A stretch of DNA of 64,000 nucleotides from a virus. The DNA is taken from IMG/VR virus record IMGVR_UViG_3300009164_000039. One strand, 5' to 3'. Positions 7,699 to 13,225 of the stretch are shown piece by piece (position 1 is the first letter of the stretch; each line of letters begins with the position of its first letter). The notes beneath the pieces are model-generated. The model worked only from the letters and a program-made list of their open reading frames with translations, was not told the origin of the DNA and made no database searches. Both the position numbers and the translations under genes were made by a program.

Positions 7699-7918
7699 TT
7701 GAGAGCCTACGCCGCATTTATCGTAGATTTATTCAGGACTTACCGGCCGCCTAGCCTGACCTCGAGCACGATGGATATCACTTGGGATCCGTCCAGCGTA
7801 GTCTCCTTTACAGACCTCCGCAGTTGCCCGCGGGTGGGAGTTGAACCCATTTGCCTTTTACTGTTTTGGTCCTTCGAAGAAACCTCATTAGCGTGACTGT
7901 ACTTGCTGACACTCTCAA
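7699..7918 (-). ncRNA. ~220-nt stem-closed RNA containing a T-arm mimic
   Basis: Terminal IR tttgagag/ctctcaaa; internal tggg-TTCAACT-ccca T-arm; no anticodon/CCA architecture. Confidence 0.45.
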
Positions 7919-7922
7919 AACT

Positions 7923-7996
7923 TGGTGGAGGACCAGGGTATTGAACCCTTGTAGTCAGTATGCTTGCAAGGCAAACCCGCCGCCCTCGGCTCCCCC
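7923..7996 (-). tRNA. tRNA-Ala(UGC), atypical copy with degenerate D arm
   Basis: Loop CT-TGC-AA, G3:U70 Ala identity pair, CCA; D arm poorly paired. Confidence 0.75.
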
Positions 7997-8008
7997 CATT
8001 GTACTATC

Positions 8009-8069
8009 TACAGGACACCCCTATGGGCTTGGTTGTTTAAGAGTACGCCTACCCAGCGACTCTCCTCTA
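8009..8069 (-). ncRNA. Small three-way RNA with TCTTAAACAACCAAGC core (copy 2)
   Basis: Hairpin agagtcgc/gcgtactct, core, short ccc/ggg hairpin, closing agga/tcct. Confidence 0.55.
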
Positions 8070-8074
8070 AAACT

Positions 8075-8150
8075 TGGCGCCTCGTAGGGGACTCGAACCC
8101 CTGACATCCGACTAGACAGGCCGGCACTCTACCAACTGAGTTAACGAAGC
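8075..8150 (-). tRNA. tRNA-Asp(GUC)
   Basis: ccggc-CTGTCTA-gtcgg, CCA. Confidence 0.92.
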
Positions 8151-8157
8151 AGAAAGA

Positions 8158-8231
8158 TGGAGCGGGGTAGGAGAATCGAACTCCTCGCTTTAGCTTGGAA
8201 GGCTAAGGTATTACCACTATACGAACCCCGC
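8158..8231 (-). tRNA. tRNA-Gly(UCC)
   Basis: ttagc-CTTCCAA-gctaa, CCA. Confidence 0.94.
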
Positions 8232-8239
8232 ATAGATTT

Positions 8240-8315
8240 TGGTGGAGGATACAGGGATCGAACCTGCGACCTATTGCTTGCAAAGCAACCGCTCTCCCAA
8301 CTGAGCTAATCCCCC
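8240..8315 (-). tRNA. tRNA-Ala(UGC), canonical copy
   Basis: Loop TT-TGC-AA, G3:U70, CCA. Confidence 0.95.
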
Positions 8316-8322
8316 AATGACA

Positions 8323-8399
8323 TGGTCGGAGTACAAGGATTCGAACCTTGGACCCCCTGGTCCCAAACCAGGTGCGCTACCAGACTGCGCCACACTCCG
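8323..8399 (-). tRNA. tRNA-Pro(UGG)
   Basis: cctgg-TTTGGGA-ccagg, CCA. Confidence 0.95.
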
Positions 8400-8404
8400 A
8401 TGAT

Positions 8405-8480
8405 TGGTGCCCCCTGTCCGACTCGAACAGACCACCTTCTGATTACAAAACAGATGCTCTACCTGATGAGCTAAGAGGGC
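8405..8480 (-). tRNA. tRNA-Thr(UGU)
   Basis: Loop TT-TGT-AA, CCA. Confidence 0.92.
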
Positions 8481-8487
8481 AAAAACT

Positions 8488-8562
8488 TGGTGCGAGATGA
8501 GAGTGTCGAACTCCCGACCCTCTGAATGTAAATCAGATGCTCTACCGCTGAGCTAATCTCGC
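8488..8562 (-). tRNA. tRNA-Val(UAC)
   Basis: tctga-TTTACAT-tcaga, CCA. Confidence 0.92.
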
Positions 8563-8588
8563 AAATTAATTTTGTATTTTATTTAACA

Positions 8589-8663
8589 TGGTTGCCATGG
8601 ACAGTTTCGAAATGTCGACCTATCGGTTATCAACCGATTGCTCTTCCTCTGAGCTACACGGCA
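8589..8663 (-). tRNA. tRNA-Ile(GAU)
   Basis: atcgg-TTGATAA-ccgat, CCA. Confidence 0.92.
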
Positions 8664-8669
8664 AAAATG

Positions 8670-8744
8670 TGGTACTGGGCACGGGAATCGAACCCGTCTT
8701 ACAAACGTGAAAGGCTTGTGTCCTAACCGATAGACGAGCCCAGC
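8670..8744 (-). tRNA. tRNA-Glu(UUC), canonical copy
   Basis: caagc-CTTTCAC-gtttg, TTCGA T-loop, CCA. Confidence 0.92.
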
Positions 8745-8751
8745 ATACAAA

Positions 8752-8838
8752 TGGTGGAGACGGTAGGAATCGAACCTACGGTGTTTCTGATGTCACTGAT
8801 TTACAGTCAGCTGCCTTCGCCGCTCGGCACACATCTCC
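8752..8838 (-). tRNA. tRNA-Tyr(GUA)
   Basis: gctga-CTGTAAA-tcagt, long variable arm, CCA. Confidence 0.93.
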
Positions 8839-8840
8839 AT

Positions 8841-8931
8841 ATAGGAACACACTACCAGTCCCGAGGATTCGAACCTCTTTCTCTTATAGTTTACCACGAC
8901 TTTTGCAGTCAGGCAAGCAATGTGTTTTTAT
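8841..8931 (-). ncRNA. Stem-closed RNA module with a T-arm mimic
   Basis: Terminal IR around aacaca/tgtgtt; internal gagg-TTCGAAT-cctc. Confidence 0.45.
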
Positions 8932-8932
8932 A

Positions 8933-9009
8933 TGGTGCCCCAGAGGAGACTCGAACTCCTAAAATTTGGCTTCTAAGACCAACACGTATACCAATTCCGT
9001 CACCGGGGC
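8933..9009 (-). tRNA. tRNA-Leu(UAG)
   Basis: ttggt-CTTAGAA-gccaa, short variable region, CCA. Confidence 0.9.
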
Positions 9010-9099
9010 AATTTGTCACAACAGATTGTTAAGGAACCATGTTCGTCTGCATGACTATGCAGTTGTTATTAGCAACACGATGTTTGCTACAGTTCCACA

Positions 9100-9127
9100 A
9101 GTATAACATCTTTTTCATTGTTGTCTA
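9100..9127 (-). promoter_or_regulatory. Possible sigma70-type promoter
   Basis: TAGACA-16 bp-TATACT. Confidence 0.45.
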
Positions 9128-9161
9128 CTAGTTTGTAAAAATATTTTTCTTCTGTTGTTTT

Positions 9162-9240
9162 TATGCACTCTAGTTGTTGCGTCCACAACCTGCCGCCTGC
9201 CGAGTCATGGTCGGGTGGGCTTGGCCTTCTAGAGTGTATA
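9162..9240 (-). ncRNA. Hairpin-closed small RNA module
   Basis: 12-bp terminal IR tatgcactctag/ctagagtgtata; interior contains AGGCGG; boundaries approximate. Confidence 0.45.
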
Positions 9241-9304
9241 GTAAAGTGTTCTACACGGATACGTACCCGCCTTTCGCCTCGCGGCTAGAGAACACTTTAC
9301 TATA
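9237..9304 (-). ncRNA. Hairpin-closed small RNA module
   Basis: Perfect 16-bp terminal IR tatagtaaagtgttct/agaacactttactata; interior contains AGGCGG. Confidence 0.5.
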
Positions 9305-9425
9305 ACTGGATTTTACACATCTGCGTTGTCGCCACAGACTTATCATCCCCAGTCCCGCCCTCATTATAGCCGATGTTTTGAGTGCCGGCAGGGTCGCGTT
9401 CCCTATACACACTTTTCATGATCCT

Positions 9426-9462
9426 AAAAACAAAAAACCCCAGGGTGTTAAGCCTAGGGTCC
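9426..9462 (-). terminator. Attenuator terminator upstream of the main tRNA operon
   Basis: accctagg-cttaacac-cctggggt followed by TTTTTGTTTTT; the 5' arm is also complementary to the leader ORF 3' end. Confidence 0.85.
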
Positions 9463-9488
9463 TTGGAGTTTGCAGTTGTTAATTTGTG

Positions 9489-9626
9489 TTAACTGTGCAT
9501 GGTCTCCTGGACCCTTGATTCCTGTGGTGTGCGATCATTACTAATCTCAGTCGCAGACCAGCTGGCCATTGGCAATGAATAGCCTAGGTTATGCTGTTTG
9601 CTAAAGAGTGAGAATGATTTACACAT
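9489..9626 (-). CDS. 45-aa attenuator leader peptide (MCKSFSLFSKQHNLGYSLPMASWSATEISNDRTPQESRVQETMHS)
   Basis: Manual translation; AAGGA SD upstream; lies between a consensus promoter and a terminator; its 3' end forms the antiterminator. Confidence 0.72.
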   Translation of the reverse strand: MCKSFSLFSKQHNLGYSLPMASWSATEISNDRTPQESRVQETMHS

Positions 9627-9674
9627 TTTGTTTACTTTTCCTTTTTTACAGGCTGCTTTTGCAACCTATGTCGT

Positions 9675-9703
9675 ATTGTATATTTATTTAGTCCTGCTGT
9701 CAA
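9675..9703 (-). promoter_or_regulatory. Sigma70-type promoter with an embedded CTAAATA late-promoter core
   Basis: TTGACA-17 bp-TACAAT; spacer gcaggaCTAAATAaata. Confidence 0.82.
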
Positions 9704-9754
9704 CCAGCTTTGGAATATTTAGTTTTTTGTTGTAAAAATACAACAAATTGAATT

Positions 9755-9853
9755 TGGTGCCCTTGGCAGGAGTCGAACCTGCACACTGTGGCTTATCTAG
9801 CCACTGCTTTGGCGAGGTATAAGCTCGCTTCTTTACCATTAAGCTACAAGGGC
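9755..9853 (-). tRNA. tRNA-Ile(UAU) with a large extra arm (99 nt)
   Basis: gcgag-CTTATAC-ctcgc; ~28-nt variable region with gtggct/agccac hairpin; TTCGA T-loop; CCA. Confidence 0.82.
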
Positions 9854-9858
9854 ATGAT

Positions 9859-9942
9859 TGGTGCGACTGGCCGGACTCGAACCGGCATGCCGTGAAGCGG
9901 GAGATTTTAAGTCTCCTGAGTATACCATTTCTCCACAGTCGC
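9859..9942 (-). tRNA. tRNA-Leu(UAA)
   Basis: ggaga-CTTAAAA-tctcc, variable arm, CCA. Confidence 0.93.
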
Positions 9943-9962
9943 ATTAGAGCACGTTGATCAGA

Positions 9963-10007
9963 TCAACGTATTCGTAATCGTATGCTGTGGAGAGCCTTGT
10001 AGTTCAT
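9963..10007 (-). CDS. Putative leaderless 14-aa mini-ORF MNYKALHSIRLRIR
   Basis: ATG 7 nt below a -10 box; ends ATA CGA TTA CGA ATA CGT TGA; stop lies inside a 9-bp inverted repeat (9951-9969). Confidence 0.5.
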   Translation of the reverse strand: MNYKALHSIRLRIR

Positions 10008-10013
10008 GTGTGT

Positions 10014-10041
10014 ATAATAGCTTGAATGTTTATTTATGTCA
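10014..10041 (-). promoter_or_regulatory. Sigma70-type promoter with overlapping ATAAATA
   Basis: TTGACA-16 bp-TATTAT. Confidence 0.65.
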
Positions 10042-10050
10042 AGCAAAAAT

Positions 10051-10839
10051 TTATGGCTTGACAACCAAAAATCCAGCGATAGCAGGGATCACTCGATTGC
10101 GTCGAGGTTGGCTGGCCATGGTGGTCATGCTGGTTTGTACTACAAATCCCACTTGTTCTACATGTGCTTGCACTTGATCTGTGCAGGTGTACAAAAATAT
10201 ATGATCATGCGATGCGGCATTGATAGCCGCACTAACAAATGCTGTACCACCCGGCCGTAGCACACGATGCAGTTGTGTCAAGAACTGTACCGGATCCTCC
10301 ACATGCTCTAGCACTTCAACACACACCAACCAATCAGTACTGGCATCCGGTGTTTGTTCTATGCTTTGCACTGTTGCCTGGTACCTAGTGGGGTTCAGTG
10401 CAGATGCAAACTCAACTGAAGCAGGACTGATGTCAATTGCATGTCCTTGTATGTTAGACCATGTTTGCAAGATCTTCCAAGAGTATGCGCCAGATCCGAC
10501 CCCAACATCTAAAAACTCAGTAGCATCAGCCATCTGTTGCACAAATTGATCTTGGAAAAAGCAAAGCTGACGATACTGGTGCGGCCATAGCCAGTGTGAT
10601 AACAACAGTCCGGGCAAGTACTCTGTCATCATGTGTTCTTTGTTTAGGTACACTGCGTCACTGACCTGTTGGTGAGTACGATTGCGATACTGTCCGGTGC
10701 GGTTGAATTCAATTTGGTACTTGATTAGTCTAGTACAAAAATTACGATAGGCAACTTGATAGGACACAGGAAAGCAATCAAATTCTTGTTTCCAAGAATC
10801 ACCAAACAGCCGATATGCTTGATCTTGATGGGAGATCAT
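10051..10839 (-). CDS. Class I SAM-dependent methyltransferase
   Basis: FLDVGVGSG motif I; EVLEHVEDP...LHRVLRPGG. Confidence 0.88.
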   Translation of the reverse strand: MISHQDQAYRLFGDSWKQEFDCFPVSYQVAYRNFCTRLIKYQIEFNRTGQYRNRTHQQVSDAVYLNKEHMMTEYLPGLLLSHWLWPHQYRQLCFFQDQFVQQMADATEFLDVGVGSGAYSWKILQTWSNIQGHAIDISPASVEFASALNPTRYQATVQSIEQTPDASTDWLVCVEVLEHVEDPVQFLTQLHRVLRPGGTAFVSAAINAASHDHIFLYTCTDQVQAHVEQVGFVVQTSMTTMASQPRRNRVIPAIAGFLVVKP

Positions 10840-11327
10840 TTAACAAAGTCCACCATTAGTATCACACGTTCGCTTGATGATTTATTAGCAGCCTGGTGTT
10901 TTTTCCTATCATCAAACAACATCATCTGCCCTTCTTCCCAATAGTAGCAGGTGTTTTTTACTTGTATAAATGCGTTGCCAGGGCAGATCAGTCCCAGATG
11001 CGATCTCCACACATTATCAGTGTAGCCTCTATGTGGATGAATCACACAGTCTGGTTCCATGATAGAAAATCCTGCTAGGTACAGGCCCGGAATGTCTTTG
11101 ATTAGTTCTCGGGTGACAGGACAATTATCCCATCCTGCTTGTTTCTGGTATTGATGTACAAGAAAATACAAGCGCCAACGCTCGTTGTGCAGTTCTTTCA
11201 TGTGCCAGAGTTCTGCTTGTTCTCTGTAGAGTAAAAACTCATCACGGATTGCTTGCCAGTTGTCTTGCAACGGCTTGAGGAACGGGTAAGCATCAATTGA
11301 TTGAAACACAGGAAGTTGATCTCTCAT
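10836..11327 (-). CDS. Aspartyl/asparaginyl beta-hydroxylase family 2OG-Fe(II) dioxygenase (LpxO-like)
   Basis: AGFSIMEPDCVIHPHRGY, RSHLGLICP, W.EG...LFDD...H.A.N.S..ERVILMVDF. Confidence 0.88.
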   Translation of the reverse strand: MRDQLPVFQSIDAYPFLKPLQDNWQAIRDEFLLYREQAELWHMKELHNERWRLYFLVHQYQKQAGWDNCPVTRELIKDIPGLYLAGFSIMEPDCVIHPHRGYTDNVWRSHLGLICPGNAFIQVKNTCYYWEEGQMMLFDDRKKHQAANKSSSERVILMVDFVK

Positions 11328-11349
11328 ACAAGTATATATGCTGAGGTAT

Positions 11350-11424
11350 TGGTCCGGCGCACAGGAATCGAACCCGTATTCTAGAGGTAGAAGCTCTATG
11401 TATTATCCGTTATACGAACGCCAG
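11350..11424 (-). tRNA. tRNA-Arg(UCU)
   Basis: tagag-CTTCTAC-ctcta, CCA. Confidence 0.92.
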
Positions 11425-11429
11425 TTGTT

Positions 11430-11504
11430 TGGTGGGCTGACTTGGAATTGAACCAAGACTCAATGAATTATGAGTTCACTGCTTTACCATTAAGCTATCA
11501 GCCC
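11430..11504 (-). tRNA. tRNA with CAU anticodon (Ile2 or Met)
   Basis: gtgaa-CTCATAA-ttcat, CCA. Confidence 0.9.
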
Positions 11505-11512
11505 GTTGAACT

Positions 11513-11541
11513 ATTGTATGTTAATTTATCTTTTGTGTCAA
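11513..11541 (-). promoter_or_regulatory. Sigma70-type promoter for the tRNA(CAU)-tRNA-Arg-hydroxylase-methyltransferase unit
   Basis: TTGACA-17 bp-TACAAT. Confidence 0.8.
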
Positions 11542-12287
11542 TCTTCAACTGAATAGTAGTCTTTGTCCAACCAAGCATGCACGATATCTTCTTGTCTTAG
11601 ATATCCGTAGCTGTTGACACTGGCTATACAGTTGTCGTTGATCAGGCCTTGGTCAGCCAGGTGCTGCCAATTGGTAGTTCGTGGATCTAAAAAGTTTTCT
11701 GAGTTTTTATAAACTGCGGCATAGATCCAAGGATTTTCTCTGCGCTTGTAGAAATAGGCATCACGACAATCAAACCCATTGATGGCCAACATGTACATTA
11801 GGTTGCCGTATGTGTAGTTGTAGTAGCATCCATTCATGGTGCGATGCACTAGTCTGTTGTGATGATAGTTTATCTGCTGTGGAATAGTTAAAATCATCAT
11901 ACCATTCACATTCATTTGCTGGTTCCACAATTTAAGTGTGCTCAATGGATTGATTGCGTACTGGAACGCATCGTGGCACCAAAGAACATCCACAGGCTTG
12001 GGCAACAATGCAGTTTCAAAATCGCCTTTGATCACTGTGACATTTTCCGGCAAGTCTACTACCAGTCGATTGGTATCTATATCCACAGCATAACAATCAA
12101 AATTATAGGGCTCAAATGGGTCTTCTTTGTTGGTTAGTGTAGCCCACCAATTGATATCCAAGCCACCACCACAGCCCAGGTCTGCCACAGTGGTAACAGA
12201 TTCTAGAAAATCATCATAACCGTACAACAGATCTAGCACATAACTGGAATGTTCGTGACTGTGGTACGGGTTTCTAAACTGTTCCAT
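11538..12287 (-). CDS. Class I SAM-dependent methyltransferase
   Basis: VADLGCGGG motif I; YAVDID; DVLWCHDAFQY. Confidence 0.85.
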   Translation of the reverse strand: MEQFRNPYHSHEHSSYVLDLLYGYDDFLESVTTVADLGCGGGLDINWWATLTNKEDPFEPYNFDCYAVDIDTNRLVVDLPENVTVIKGDFETALLPKPVDVLWCHDAFQYAINPLSTLKLWNQQMNVNGMMILTIPQQINYHHNRLVHRTMNGCYYNYTYGNLMYMLAINGFDCRDAYFYKRRENPWIYAAVYKNSENFLDPRTTNWQHLADQGLINDNCIASVNSYGYLRQEDIVHAWLDKDYYSVED

Positions 12288-12528
12288 GCTTCAAAATTTC
12301 CAAAATAAGTTTTGTTTTCAGGTGGTCAAGACGTGATTCAAGTTGGTGGCAAGCTTCTGCTATTTCTAACTCGCTGCCCCATGACCGTTGTGTGGCCAGA
12401 TGAGTGGCCCAACGAGCCACTTCATCTTTTTCCATTTGTACTTCGGCTGCATTACCTTTGGGCTGTGCTCGTACACAAAGATTAAATTCTTCAATAAGAT
12501 GATCAGCTTGTTCACGCCAGTCAATCAT
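12274..12528 (-). CDS. Hypothetical protein (84 aa)
   Basis: Overlaps both neighbours in operon fashion. Confidence 0.7.
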   Translation of the reverse strand: MIDWREQADHLIEEFNLCVRAQPKGNAAEVQMEKDEVARWATHLATQRSWGSELEIAEACHQLESRLDHLKTKLILEILKHGTV

Positions 12529-12977
12529 ACTGACACATCCTCCATGCCTGCTGTTCTCAATCGCACCACATGACCCAGCATGAAGTTCTTGCTTTCAAGA
12601 CCTTTCATCACACCCAGCCAGCGATTGCGCAACAGTGCAACTTCATTGATGATGGTTTCAAAGTCAATCACTTCGTCTTCGCCATCCACATACTTTTCAG
12701 CATCACGACTTGTGAGTGCTCGAGCATATCCTTCAAGATACTTCTGAAAGTGCTTGCGTCGGATTTTTCGTAGTTGTATGTTCAGATACTCAAGCACCGC
12801 TTCAATCTCTTGTAGTTGATTGAAACGATGCTCGGTTATGCCAGGTAGTCCACTTAGGTTCTTTTCAACTATTCCAGCAATACGTACATCACTGCGAGCG
12901 GATATGAGTTCAGCGTCATAGTATGTTATGAAGTCTGGTATCTTTCCAAGATCCGCAACAACACGATTGTACCACAT
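12525..12977 (-). CDS. uvsY: Recombination mediator UvsY
   Basis: Helical 150 aa; YLEGYARALTSRDAEKYVDGE motif; near uvsX and gp32. Confidence 0.8.
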   Translation of the reverse strand: MWYNRVVADLGKIPDFITYYDAELISARSDVRIAGIVEKNLSGLPGITEHRFNQLQEIEAVLEYLNIQLRKIRRKHFQKYLEGYARALTSRDAEKYVDGEDEVIDFETIINEVALLRNRWLGVMKGLESKNFMLGHVVRLRTAGMEDVSV

Positions 12978-13225
12978 CAGTCATCCTGATCGTAATTGTA
13001 ATCTGTTTCTTCGTCTGCATCGTCTTCTTCGGGGTCCAGATACTCTTCGCTGGCACGTTTGAGATATGCATCCCCACCTGCCAACATTCTCAGGTCCTGG
13101 TCCTGTAGTCCACTGTCGCTCAGAATACTAAACATATGATCAGCCGCTGCCTGGCGATCTTTCTGTGGGATGTATTCTTTAAGAGTGGTATACGCATCTA
13201 TCAATAGATCAATATCTAAGCTCAT
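12977..13225 (-). CDS. Hypothetical protein (82 aa, acidic tail)
   Basis: Translationally coupled between uvsX and uvsY. Confidence 0.75.
   Translation of the reverse strand: MSLDIDLLIDAYTTLKEYIPQKDRQAAADHMFSILSDSGLQDQDLRMLAGGDAYLKRASEEYLDPEEDDADEETDYNYDQDD

Noticed and set aside
7699-7996. tmRNA (one-piece or permuted) built from the T-arm cassette and the odd tRNA-Ala
   Set aside because: The T-arm in the cassette is not followed by an acceptor strand and CCA, no tag reading frame was found, and the Ala copy has a complete UGC anticodon arm.
4460-9944. ORF-track ORFs across the tRNA cluster (e.g. 4460..4759, 6129..6404, 7415..7717, 8751..9032, 9684..9944)
   Set aside because: They run through clear tRNA cloverleaves or the GOLLD-like RNA and show no protein motifs, so they are shadow frames.
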